This document shows, in pieces, positions 1 to 10,168 of a stretch of DNA of 64,000 nt. Below the pieces are notes generated by a model. It did not search any database. It was not told where the DNA came from and saw only the letters and a list, made by a program, of their open reading frames with translations. Position numbers and translations under genes: made by a program. This DNA is from an uncultured delta proteobacterium (GTDB taxonomy: Bacteria; Myxococcota_A; Polyangia; Polyangiales; Polyangiaceae), in NCBI GenBank assembly GCA_963806225.1, contig CAWDXG010000004.1:4288001-4352000 (forward strand). The letters are read 5' to 3'. Each line of letters starts with the position of its first letter. Position 1 is the stretch's first letter.

Positions 1-1
1 G

Positions 2-1939
2 CCGAACTGCGCACAGCCTCCGGTCTTCCACTTCCAGTCCAGCGAACCCCCGATCTTCTTCCTCCTCATGGATCTCAGCCGGAGCGCGCTCGCACCGTTG
101 CCGCACCCCGATCCTGCGGACCGTGCCGACTACGAAAAGGCCGCCGCACGGCTCGCCGTGGACCTCGCTGACGTCCGGCAGGCGCGGCTCGGGGTGGTCA
201 CGCTGCGCGGCCAGCTATCGTCAGTGGATCCCGTGCCGCACGCGGAGATTTCACTGGTCGGCGATGCGACGCTGCGGACCGGGGCGGAAGTGCAGGCACT
301 GAAGACCGATCTAACAGCCGTCGAACCGCAAGGCCGGAGCGCCGTCGGCGATGCGCTGACCGCTACCGCGGATCTTCTTGAAACCGAAGAGGGCAGCACC
401 CGGACGATCCTGCTCCTGTCCGACGGAGAGCAGAGCCGCGACATGGGCGCGAGCCCCGGCGACGTCGCTCCACCGCTCCACGACCTCGAGTCACCCATTC
501 GCGTTGCTCCCGTGGTTGCCGGATCCATGGCCGACCACGTCCTGATGGCCGGCGTCGCGGGCTCGACCTACGCGCCCATCGCGCCGGCGCCGCAAGGCGA
601 CGAGGTCGTCACAGAGACCGCGCAGACGCTCTCGGAAGTCCTGGGAGACACGTCCGTTATCCCGTCGCAGCCGGGCTCCACCGGCGGCGGACTGGCGCCG
701 ATTGCCCTCGGTTACCCCATCAATGTGGACCAGGGCGCGCGGCGGCTGACGGTCGTGGTGTCCCGCGGTATGGGCGCGAGCGACAACTGGAACGTGGACG
801 TTGAAGTGGCGCCTCGCGGCGGCACTTTGCCGCCCGACGCCGTCGTGCTTCGCGATCCCTTGTACACGCTGGTCGACATCCCGAACCCCCAACCTGGCGC
901 CTGGACCGTGTCCGTCGATTCGTCGGCGGGGAGCGTGCCGTTCAATATCGAAGCGACGCTGTCGGGTGCATCCACCTGCCTCGCCGGCGCCACGCACGAC
1001 CGCCGGGGGATCCACGTTTCGATCGCCGCCCGCCAGTCAACGGACATCGAGGGCGTCCTGTTCAACGGCTCGCTGGTCGAGCCCGACGGGACCGTGCGGC
1101 CACTTGCCTTCTCGGCTTCAGCGGACGCGATGGTCCAGGCCACGGTACCAGACGACAATCTCGCGGGCCGGGGCTTCTACGACATCTGGACCAGCTGCGA
1201 TGCGACGGAGGACTCGTTCCTGGACCCCGGCGAGGACAATCCACCGCGCTCCGGACCTGCGCCACGGATTGCGCCGGTGCCCTTCCAGCGGGAGATCCGG
1301 ACCACGGTCTTCATCGATTTGCCGGACCAGCCTCGATTGCCGCCCGGCGGAGACTGCGACCACGACGGCATCCCCGATTCGGTCGAGGGCACGGTGGATA
1401 CCGACGGCGACGGAGTTCCGGATTGCTGCGACGAGGACGCGGACGGTGACGATTTGCCCGACGCCGTCGAAGGCACCGTGGACACGGATGCAGACGGCAT
1501 TCCGGACTACCTCGACACCGATTCCGACAACGACGGGATCCCCGACGGCGTGGACGCCCACCCGCTCGAGCCCGCGGCGATCGTCTGCGCCGCGCTCGGC
1601 GACGCTACTCCAGCCGCCAGGCTCGATCGGGATACTTTCACCTTTCATGTGCACTCGGGCGACGTGCTGCACGTGGCGCTCGAGGCTGCCGCGGGTTCGA
1701 ATGCCACAGGGCGCGCGACACTGGAGGTCCGGGGGCCCGCGACACCGCGTGTGGCGCGAAGCACAGCGACGCTGCCAACTTCTGTTACGTCCGCGGCCAC
1801 CAAGGACGGACAATTCACAGTCACCGTCGGCGAGCAGCCACGCAAGAAGCCGGGCACGGCGTTTCACGGGCCCTATTGCATCGCAGTGGAGCGCCTGGGA
1901 ACGCCCGTGACGATCACGGCGACGCCCTCTGTGGAGTGA
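2..1939 (+). CDS. VWA-domain secreted protein with thrombospondin type-3-like Ca-binding repeats; 5' end lies outside the window
   Basis: Frame open from base 2; MIDAS-like FLLMDLSRS and LLLSDGE; repeated [18 protein letters not shown] motifs. Confidence 0.75.
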   Translation, partial: PNCAQPPVFHFQSSEPPIFFLLMDLSRSALAPLPHPDPADRADYEKAAARLAVDLADVRQARLGVVTLRGQLSSVDPVPHAEISLVGDATLRTGAEVQALKTDLTAVEPQGRSAVGDALTATADLLETEEGSTRTILLLSDGEQSRDMGASPGDVAPPLHDLESPIRVAPVVAGSMADHVLMAGVAGSTYAPIAPAPQGDEVVTETAQTLSEVLGDTSVIPSQPGSTGGGLAPIALGYPINVDQGARRLTVVVSRGMGASDNWNVDVEVAPRGGTLPPDAVVLRDPLYTLVDIPNPQPGAWTVSVDSSAGSVPFNIEATLSGASTCLAGATHDRRGIHVSIAARQSTDIEGVLFNGSLVEPDGTVRPLAFSASADAMVQATVPDDNLAGRGFYDIWTSCDATEDSFLDPGEDNPPRSGPAPRIAPVPFQREIRTTVFIDLPDQPRLPPGGDCDHDGIPDSVEGTVDTDGDGVPDCCDEDADGDDLPDAVEGTVDTDADGIPDYLDTDSDNDGIPDGVDAHPLEPAAIVCAALGDATPAARLDRDTFTFHVHSGDVLHVALEAAAGSNATGRATLEVRGPATPRVARSTATLPTSVTSAATKDGQFTVTVGEQPRKKPGTAFHGPYCIAVERLGTPVTITATPSVE

Positions 1940-2529
1940 TGCGCGTGCGTCACCCAGCAACCCTCGCCATTGCGCTCAGCGCGTTGACAGCGTGCGGTGG
2001 GGTCACGCAGGCGCAGCGCTTGTCCGACGCAGGGGCGGACGTTGGAGGGAGCGCGTCCTGGGACGCGGGCCCTGATGTTCCCGCCGAGACGAGCGCAGCC
2101 GACGCCGAAGCCGGCTCGGCCGACGCTGCTATGCCATGCACGCACGAGTCGGACTGCCCGACGGGCGTGCCCGCCAAGTGCGGCGCGACGTGCCAGGAGG
2201 GCAAGTGCGTGTTTCCTCCGGCGGGCGTGATATGCAGCTGTCCGCTGGGAACCGGCGAGGATGCGGGAGCGAGAGGCGGGGCTTGCGACGGGCAGGGGGG
2301 CTGTGTGGTCTGTCAATGGGGAGCGTTGTTCCAAGGCACCTGCACCGACGACAGCACCTGCTGCGTGTGGTACGATCCGAACAGCACCAACTATAACGCA
2401 ACGCACCCCTACGACTACGGCATGTGCGGGGCCAATCACCAGTGCAAGATGTGCATGGACCCGGGCCATTACTGCGACCAGGAGCACCAGTGTTGCACCG
2501 GCAAGTGCACTTCGAATGGCTGTACCTGA
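1939..2529 (+). CDS. Cys-rich lipoprotein
   Basis: ATG overlaps upstream TGA; lipobox LTAC-GG; Cys-rich C-terminal part. Confidence 0.75.
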   Translation: MRVRHPATLAIALSALTACGGVTQAQRLSDAGADVGGSASWDAGPDVPAETSAADAEAGSADAAMPCTHESDCPTGVPAKCGATCQEGKCVFPPAGVICSCPLGTGEDAGARGGACDGQGGCVVCQWGALFQGTCTDDSTCCVWYDPNSTNYNATHPYDYGMCGANHQCKMCMDPGHYCDQEHQCCTGKCTSNGCT

Positions 2530-2705
2530 AGATTCCGCGTGCGGTCCTCGCCTGCGGGACCCGTCGCGCGCGCGCAGCCCGGCGTGCGCTGTCTTGACGC
2601 GACGCGACGGCCGGGCGAGCACGTGCAGGAGGGACCCCGCCCGCCCGCAGCGCCAGCGAGGACGGACGGGCGGCACACTGTCGCGCTACACGGGGGAGCA
2701 ACCCT

Positions 2706-2970
2706 TGCGGCGCTGCACCGGCTTCAGGCCGTCGCGCACGTCCGGCAGCGCGCGGCTCGTGATGACGCTGAGCGCGTAGTTCAAGTAGCGGCTCTGCGCG
2801 ATCTCGTGCAGCGGCAGATCGAGCTCGCGACCGTCGCCCGCGCCCCCGCCGCCCTTGCCCCCGCGCGGCGGCTGCTTCGATCCGCCGCGCCCGCCCGCAC
2901 CGCCGCGCTTCGACGGCTTCGGGCTGCCTCGCTTCGAGGGCTTCGAGCTCGTCTTCTGTCGTGTGGCCAA
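2706..2970 (-). pseudogene. 5' fragment of DNA topoisomerase IV / gyrase subunit A paralogue
   Basis: GGAGGAG RBS then [31 protein letters not shown] signature, broken straight after VQRR. Confidence 0.9.
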
Positions 2971-3294
2971 TGCTCCTCCGCGCCGGGGCGTCCACCTCGG
3001 CCCCGGGGCGGCTCCGGCGGGCGGGCATGGGCGCCCGAAACGCCTATTCCGCTAGCGCTTCTTGCATCCGGAAGTCAACAAATGATCAGTGTTTCCGGAC
3101 GGGGACCTGGAAGGCACCCGGTCGAACCGGAGCGCCCGCGCCCGCGTCTGGAGTCCGGAAGCCTCGCGCTCGAGATTGGCGTACGGAAGAGTCCCGCGGT
3201 TCCGCGCTGGAGCGAGGGAGAACCCAGCAACCGACGCGCGCAGGCAACCGATAGGCGGCGGTCAGGTGGTTCAGCGACTGGCCAGGAGTAGACT

Positions 3295-3897
3295 TTGACC
3301 TCGATGACGCTGGCAGAGGACATGCCGCTCCCGAGAGAGGCGCGCGACGAGCGCGTCGTCCTCTACAACGTGCCATGGGAGCGGTACGTCGCGCTGCAGG
3401 CCGCACTCGAGGATGTCACCCACGCCCGGATCAACTATCTGGAAGGGACCCTCGAGATCATGAGCCCGTCGGACAGGCACGAGGCAGAAAAGAAGAACCT
3501 TGCGCGCCTGCTGGAGGCCTACGCCGACTTGACGGGCATGCCACTCGAAGGGCGCGGGTCGAGGACGTTCCGGTCGAAGGCGGTCGAGCGCGGGGCGGAG
3601 CCGGACGAATGCTACTTCGTCGGCAGGGTCGGCAAGATCCCCGACCTCGTCATCGAGGTGATCGTTGCCTCGGGCGGCATCGACAAGCTGGAGCTGTATC
3701 GCGGCCTGCGGGTGCCGGAGGTGTGGCTCTACAAGCGCGGCAAGCTCGGCGTCTATCTGCTCGGCAAGAACGGCTACTCGCTCTCGCCGGCGAGCAGCGT
3801 CTTCCCCAACCTCGACTTGAAGATGCTGGTCCGGCTGGTCCAGCTGGACAGCCAGACAGAGGCCGTGAAGGCGCTCAAGCTTGCCGTTTCGGCCTGA
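3295..3897 (+). CDS. Uma2 (DUF820) family putative endonuclease
   Basis: LEIMSP..H, AEPDECY, PDLVIEV, VPEVW motifs; AGGAG RBS. Confidence 0.9.
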   Translation: MTSMTLAEDMPLPREARDERVVLYNVPWERYVALQAALEDVTHARINYLEGTLEIMSPSDRHEAEKKNLARLLEAYADLTGMPLEGRGSRTFRSKAVERGAEPDECYFVGRVGKIPDLVIEVIVASGGIDKLELYRGLRVPEVWLYKRGKLGVYLLGKNGYSLSPASSVFPNLDLKMLVRLVQLDSQTEAVKALKLAVSA

Positions 3898-3945
3898 CGC
3901 GCTCCCTGCACCAGGCGAAGGCGCGGGCGCCGCTCGGAGGTCTCT

Positions 3946-4704
3946 CTAGCGGGCCTTGCGCGCGGTCTTCTTCTTCGCCGGCTTCGCCTTGGCCGCGCGC
4001 TTCTTCGCCGCCGGCTTGCCGTTTCCGTTGCGATTGCGCGGTGGCTTGCGCCCGACGTTCTCGGCCTTGAAGGCGCTCGGGCACGGATCGCTGACGGGGC
4101 AGGCGGCGCAGGCGGGGGCGCGGGCGGTGCAGATGCGGCGGCCGTGGAAGATCAGCGTGTGCGACAGGATGTCCCACTGCTCGCGCGGGAACAGCTTCAT
4201 CAAGTCGCGCTCGATGTCCTCGGGCTTGTCGTGCTTGGTCCAGCCCAGGCGCTGGGTGATGCGCTGCACGTGCGTGTCCACCACCACGCCCTCCGGCGCG
4301 CCGAACGCCACGCCCAGCACCACGTTGGCCGTCTCGCGCCCCACGCCCGGCAGCTTCACCAGCTCGTCGAGCTTCTGCGGCACCTTGCCGCCGTGATTGT
4401 CGACCAGCCCTTTCGACAGCCCGATGATGTTCTTGGCCTTCTGGCGGAACATGCCGATGCTGGCCAGAGCCTTTTCCACCTGCGCGGGCGGCGCCTTCGC
4501 GAGGGACTGGGCATCGGGCCAGCGCTTGAACAGATCCGGCGTGATGCGGTTCACCGCCACGTCGGTGCTCTGCGCGCTCAGCACCGTGGCCACGATCAGC
4601 TCGAAGGGGCTCCGGTGATCGAGCTCGCAGTGCGCGTCGGGGTGCGCCTTCCGGAGGGCCTGGAAGGTAGCCGGCGCCGCGGCGACGGCGCGCGATCTAG
4701 CCAT
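3946..4704 (-). CDS. nth: Endonuclease III family DNA glycosylase; catalytic Lys appears replaced by Glu
   Basis: LSAQSTD, HhH LPGVGRETAN, VVDTHV, 4Fe-4S Cx6Cx2Cx5C; ATG at 4704 overlaps gyrA end. Confidence 0.92.
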   Translation of the reverse strand: MARSRAVAAAPATFQALRKAHPDAHCELDHRSPFELIVATVLSAQSTDVAVNRITPDLFKRWPDAQSLAKAPPAQVEKALASIGMFRQKAKNIIGLSKGLVDNHGGKVPQKLDELVKLPGVGRETANVVLGVAFGAPEGVVVDTHVQRITQRLGWTKHDKPEDIERDLMKLFPREQWDILSHTLIFHGRRICTARAPACAACPVSDPCPSAFKAENVGRKPPRNRNGNGKPAAKKRAAKAKPAKKKTARKAR

Positions 4705-5524
4705 CTTCGCCGTTGCTGCCGTCGTCGTCGCTGTCGCCCTCCGGCGCTTCGGGCTCCGCGTCGTCATCGGCGGGCGGCGCCAGGCTGCTGCCTTCTTCGT
4801 CGTCGTCGAGCTCGTCCGTGCGGCTCTCGCCCACCGCTTCAAAGCCGACCACCCGCTCGTCCTCGCCGACGTTCATCACGCGGACGCCCTGCGCGTTGCG
4901 CCCCGTCTCGCGGATTTCCTCGATCTGCGTGCGGATGGTCTGGCCGCGGGCGGCGATCAGCATCACCTCGTCCTCGGGCTTGACCAGCGAGATGCCGACG
5001 ACAGGTCCGTTCCGCTCGCTCGCGTCGATCAGGATGATGCCCTTGCCGCCGCGGTTCTGCTGGCGGAACTCCTCCAGCTTGGTGCGCTTGCCGTAGCCGC
5101 GCTCGCAGATCGCTAGCACCTGGTCGCGCTCCGGCTCGGTGGTGGCCAGGCCCACGACCATGTCGTCGTCGTCGAGCTCGATGGCCTTCACGCCGCCGGT
5201 GTTGCGCCCCATGGCGCGCACCTGGCTCTCGTCGAAGCGGATGCTCTTGCCCTTCTTGGTGGCGATCAGGAACTCGCGCGTGCCGTCGGTCACCGTCGCG
5301 GTGAGCAGCTGGTCGTCGTCGGCGACCTTCACGCCGATGATGCCGGTCTGCCGGTAGTTCTGGTAGTCGAGGATGCTCGTCTTCTTGATCTGTCCGCGGC
5401 GCGTGAGCGTCGTCACGTAGACGTCTTCCACGAAGCCGGGCACCGGCGTGATGGCCTGGATCCGCTCGTCCTCCTCCATGCCGATGAAGTTGACAATGGC
5501 CCGTCCCTTGGCCGAGCGCGCCGC
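4697..5524 (-). pseudogene. gyrA: 3' fragment of DNA gyrase subunit A (C-terminal pinwheel repeats and acidic tail)
   Basis: RSAKGRAIVN, RAMGRNTGGVKAI, QNRGGKGI, RETGRNAQGVR; 5' part replaced by an IS21 remnant. Confidence 0.9.
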
Positions 5525-6169
5525 TCACGTCGGCGTCGAGTACGTCGAGTACGTGCTCCGCCACAAGCGTCGCCTCGACCCGGGCTACACCCCGCTCGAG
5601 CTCGGCAATCCCGCGCTCGACGGCATCACGCTGCGCGAGCCCGATCTCGGCATCTACGCACCAAGCGCGTCGTCTTCGTCCCCGCTCCCCGCATGCTCAA
5701 CGAGCTGCACGGTGCGGAGTTGCACGGGCGGCTCGACCGCGTGCTGCGCAAGTACGTCAAGGCCGACCTGCTCGTCATCGACGACTTCGCCTGCCTGGAG
5801 ATGGACGGTGCGCAGGCGAAGCTCGCGTTCCAGGTCATCAGCGAGCGTTACGACTACCGACGCGCGACAGCGATCACCACCAACCGGCCTTTCAAGGAGT
5901 GGCCCAAGGTGTTCCCCGACGCGCTCAACGCACAGGTCATCGCCGAGCGACTGACCGAGCGCTGCGAGCACTTCGTGCTCAACGGAAAGGGCTACCGCAT
6001 CCAGAAGCGCTGAAGCCGCATCCGTCCTCGACTCCGGCGAGATCACCCAGCCCGGACTTGTAGCTGCCGGACCGGCGGCGCCGCACCCGTGCGATCACGT
6101 CCACCGGGGTGGGTCCCCGGGGCCCGGTGATACCGGTGGAAGTGGGACCGAACCAGACCGGTGGCTACA
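5520..6169 (+). mobile_element. IS21-family remnant: istA 3' piece fused by deletion to istB 3' half, plus right end
   Basis: istA-like tail (..REPDLGIY) joined to istB near 5658; GTGGG(T/A)CC subterminal repeats; ends ..GGTGGCTACA at 6169. Confidence 0.75.
5658..6013 (+). pseudogene. istB: IstB ATPase C-terminal half, Walker A missing
   Basis: DLLVIDDF, FQVISERY, ITTNRPFKEW, NGKGYR. Confidence 0.85.
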
Positions 6170-6471
6170 CCCATGGTGTCAGTTGCTACGCCGCAGCTTC
6201 AAAATCGACGTTGAGCACTGCGAGCACTGCGGCGGCAGGATGAAGCTCCGCGCGCTGGTCGTCACCGCTGCCGGCATCCGCCGCTACCTCCGCTGGCTCG
6301 GCGAGCCCACCGAGCCGCCCGTGCTCGCTCCCGCTCGCGACCCGCCCTTCTTCCTCAGCCGCGTCATCCGCCGCCGGCTCGGCGAGCCCGTGCAGGCGGA
6401 GCTGTTCGACGCGCCCTGAACGCGCGCTCGCAAGGGCGGGGATCCGACCGGAGGCGGGGTGGTCGTGCGCG
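6170..6471 (+). mobile_element. IS91/ISCR-like transposase 3' remnant (subfamily B) with about 50 bp of downstream sequence; ori end lost
   Basis: LLRRSFKIDVEHCEHCGGRMKL..QAELFDAP matches the C-terminus of 53248-54879; DNA match stops near 6471. Confidence 0.9.
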
Positions 6472-6475
6472 TGGG

Positions 6476-6517
6476 CCGCTCGTTATCGGCGCGGTGAATC
6501 CCTGCCCGTGCGGCTAC
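6476..6517 (+). other. comM: 42-bp fragment of comM/yifB; possible att-site relic
   Basis: Translates PLVIGAVNPCPCGY, the ComM NPCPCG signature, with no other comM sequence around it. Confidence 0.65.
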
Positions 6518-6597
6518 AGATCGTGGGGACACGCGTCGGTGGTCGGGCGGGCGGCGGAAACGCTGGAAAGAAAACGGGCGGCCCCTGAATTTCCTCG

Positions 6598-8779
6598 TCA
6601 TAGCCGACACAGCCCCGGCGGAGTCGCCAGCGCGCCATCTGCGAGCGCCCTCACCCGATCCACGTGCGGCGCGCCGTGATCTCGCGTGACGAACGTGTAC
6701 CCGCCCGGATCGACCAACGGCGAGCCTACCAAGGTGCCAGCGCGAAGTACGCATTCGGCAACGGTCGGCGTCGCGTTGCTCTCCCACGGCCGGGCCGAAT
6801 AGCGGACGACGACGTAGCGCGGCGTGTGGCTCGACGCGCGCGTGAAAAGCACGTTTCCATCGTGGTCGATGTCGAGGTAGTACGCGTCGTAGCCATCGCG
6901 CCGCCACTTTGCGACAGGCATCGCGACACCCAGGTGCGGGTCGATTCGCACAAGCCGCATCAAGTCGTCCCCATGACCCGCGGCGTGCGGCTCGTCGTCG
7001 AGCACCCAGAGCAGGTGAAGATAGCTGTTGGCGAGCCCCTTTCCGTCCGCCGCGCCCAGGCTCGTGATCCGGTAGTCCGCACGCTTGCCGTCCACAACCT
7101 GGGCTGGATAGGTGCCGACTGGAGTCTCCGTATGGATCCAGATTCGACCCTCTAGGCCCGTGCTGCAGCAACCGTTGCTGCAAGCTGACGCCGGATTGAT
7201 CTGTCCGCTCTGCTCCCAGCGCTTCGCGTCCGCTTTATAGTCCCAGTGGACGGTGATCTTGCGCCCGTCGTAGTCAAGCACGGCCCAAGACCCATGCCCC
7301 CATCCAGTAGTGACCGGGAGCCAGGGATTTTGCGCGTCGGGATGGTCGGATGGTGCCGTGTCCAGGAGCGCGTCATTGACCAGCGCGGGGTTGGAGCAAT
7401 AAAGACCAATGCTGGGGTCATCCTGACAGAAGCGGATGTCTGTCTTTACGCCGTCCACAGTGATCGCCGACACGGAAGGCGTGATGTCGAGCCCCGCTTC
7501 GAGTACCCGAGAGCCAGCTCCGCGATGGCGTTGCAGTTCGATTGATCCTGCTGCCACGCGATCGGGCAGTTGTCGTCGGCGTCGTCGACCTGATCCTGAT
7601 CCCAGTCGTTGTTGGAGGCGTTGAGGAACGTTCCGGTCTGGGTGTCGCCGTACACGGGATTCTTCGGGCCAACGTCTGTCTCGTAGGCGTCCCAGCTGGC
7701 GGCATAGAGCGACTCGCTCGGATCGCAAGCAGTCGCGCCGAGGCCGGTAGCGCCTGAGTTATAGTCACCGGCCACGAGCGGCTGCCCGTCTGGGAGGCCG
7801 GGAATGCTCGATGCGCCGGAGGTCTCGGGAACGCCGCTGGCGTTCAAGATGATGGGCCCCCCTGAATCGCCGGTGTTCGGGCAACCGTCGCCGCTGTGGA
7901 GCGGCTCGACGTTCATGATTGACTTGTCGACGCTCCAGGGCGTCAGCTTTTCGGGTCGCAGGTGGTGCGACCATTGGGAAGCCCGGCAGAAAACCTTGTG
8001 AAGGTAGCGTAGGCGATCTCCCGTGCGGCGGGAGGGGCGGGTTTCTTTTCGGAAGTACCACCGACCAGCACGCGCGTGTGGTCCGGTCTCATCGCGGAGA
8101 ACGGATCAAAATCGTAGCGATTGTTGTACGGCTCGTCCTGGCCAAAGCCCGCGATGTACTTGGCAGGCGCGATGGCATCAACGCCCGCCAACCGAGAGTC
8201 GTCGAGGGGTACCGCCAGATGCATCAACGCGACGTTGAACGGCGTGAACAGACCGTAGTAGTCCTCTGGGCCACCGCAACTTCCGAAACACTGGTCGAGG
8301 TTGACCTGGTAGCCACGCGGATGGATGCGGATCGCGTCCACTGGAATGGCGAGCGAGTGGTGATCGTCGTCTTGAAGAGTACGACCGAACTGTGCGAACT
8401 CGACGCGGATTGCGGACGGCAGGTAGCCGATGACACTGCGAAAGTCCGCCGTGTGTGGCGGATCGAGGTGGAACTCGTACGTCGCGGGCTGGCGGTACCT
8501 GAACGTTCCGCATCCCTGTGCGTAGTTTTCAAGGCAGTGCGCCGCGGTCAGCACGACGCTAGGCGAGATCAAGGTCCCGGAGCAGATGCCCGTGGGGGTA
8601 TCGACCCGCGCGATCCAGCGAAAACTCCCATCGGTATCTACCTGGCCCTGCGTGATCGCGCTCGACGTGGCACGCCTATCGGGATCCGGACGGCCCGCGC
8701 TGGAGCAGGCGCTGGCTGCGACCAGGCACAGCAGCAGGACCAGAAGGAGGTGGAGCCGGCTGCGGGTGGATCGTGTCAT
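6598..8779 (-). pseudogene. Trypsin-like serine protease lipoprotein with TSP3-like repeat, split over three frames
   Basis: Lipobox ASAC and CSGTLISPSVVLTAAHC in 7943-8779; GDSGGP and DDADDNCP in 7446-7916; tail in 6598-7500. Confidence 0.75.
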
Positions 8780-8802
8780 GCTCTGGCTCCTCTTCTGCTA
8801 GC

Positions 8803-9837
8803 TCAGGGGGCCCGCGCGCAACGGGCCCCAATCGGTGTCGTGTTGGCCTTCAACGTGCGCGGGGCCGACTCGACCGCATTGGCGGAGTCCATGGCACTGC
8901 CCCCGTGGTAGGTATTCGCAGCCCCCTCGCCCCAGTTCGTGCAGTCGTCGCACGGCATCTGGTACTCGCCCTCCGCCGTCACATCGAGTACCAGCTCCGC
9001 GGCATTTCCCGCCAGATCCGCCTGCCGCCAGCGGCCATCGCCGAGCGGCGAGCGCGAGCCTACGGGCGCTAGCGCCACGCCGCCGTAGACGGCGTGCTGG
9101 GCGTCCACGAGCTTCGAAGTCGGTGGGACAGACCACGGGTACACGCGCTGCTCGCTGCCGCCCGAAGCCGCGAAGCCCCACTCCCCCTCCGTGGGAAGGA
9201 AGCCGCCGTCCCACGCGCAGAACGCAATGATCTCGGCATAGTAGAAGGCACAGAGCGTGGGCATGGTGTCCTGCAGGCCCCCGTCCGGCAGCGTCCCGGC
9301 GTCCCACATTGCGATTGTGCTTTCGCAGCCGGCTCCCTGGGACGTGTCTTCCCACAGTTCGGAGTCGAGGTTCCTGTCCCACTCCGTACACGCCGTATTC
9401 GGATTCTTCCCCGCTCCCTCCGGGGGCGGGTTCTGCTGCGTGGACCAGCCGTGCTCCAGGAACGCGCGGAAGCGCCCGACCGTGATCTCGTACGTGTCGA
9501 GCCGGAACGGCTTGACCGTCGCTGGATACGCCTTGCTGAGGTGGTCGACGCCGTCGTAGTCGCGGAAGAACGTGCCCCCGGGAACGAGCTTGCTGGCGCA
9601 GCAGTCCTGGTCGTGATTGGGCCCGCACGAGTGCCACGACGGATTCCACGCCGGGTTGCAGCTCGCGGGCACTGGGTCGGCACCGGGAACGCTCTTGTTC
9701 GAGCCGATGACGCATTTCGCGCCGCTGCCCGCGTCTGGGGGCGTGGAGGAGGTGGAACTGCCGCACGCCGCCACCAGCACGCCCATCAAAACCGGAGTTG
9801 GTAACGCACGAATTAAGGCGAGGAAATCCAACCCCAT
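8803..9837 (-). CDS. Formylglycine-generating enzyme (SUMF1/FGE-sulfatase) domain lipoprotein
   Basis: LVAAC lipobox; FRLDTYEITV, LPTEGEW, DLAGNAAE, GARCAR. Confidence 0.88.
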   Translation of the reverse strand: MGLDFLALIRALPTPVLMGVLVAACGSSTSSTPPDAGSGAKCVIGSNKSVPGADPVPASCNPAWNPSWHSCGPNHDQDCCASKLVPGGTFFRDYDGVDHLSKAYPATVKPFRLDTYEITVGRFRAFLEHGWSTQQNPPPEGAGKNPNTACTEWDRNLDSELWEDTSQGAGCESTIAMWDAGTLPDGGLQDTMPTLCAFYYAEIIAFCAWDGGFLPTEGEWGFAASGGSEQRVYPWSVPPTSKLVDAQHAVYGGVALAPVGSRSPLGDGRWRQADLAGNAAELVLDVTAEGEYQMPCDDCTNWGEGAANTYHGGSAMDSANAVESAPRTLKANTTPIGARCARAP

Positions 9838-10168
9838 TCCCGAAGTGTACGCCGACGGTCGATGGCCGGACAGTGGAGTGGCACGGAACAGCCTGGAGAG
9901 GCTCGCCGCAGCGCGTAACCACCGGGAATCAGACTACATAATATCCAGACTGCGAAGTCGTCCCCGGGCCTATGCTGAGGAGCTCGTCGAAAGTCGTCAT
10001 GCGCCACCCCTAGCCCCGACGTCCGCGGCTGGGAACGGAAATGTGCGCAGGGCCGTCGGCGCGCTTTCGCTGGCGCGATTGCCAATTGCGCGGCGGCTCG
10101 CAGTTCGTTGACTGCGGTCAGCCGCGCAGCCGTTGACCCTCTCTCGATACCCTGTAGCATGACGGATC

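Noticed and set aside
9059..9067. CCTACGGGC matching the subfamily B ori tip
   Set aside because: Inside an intact FGE-domain gene with no further similarity, so a chance 9-mer.
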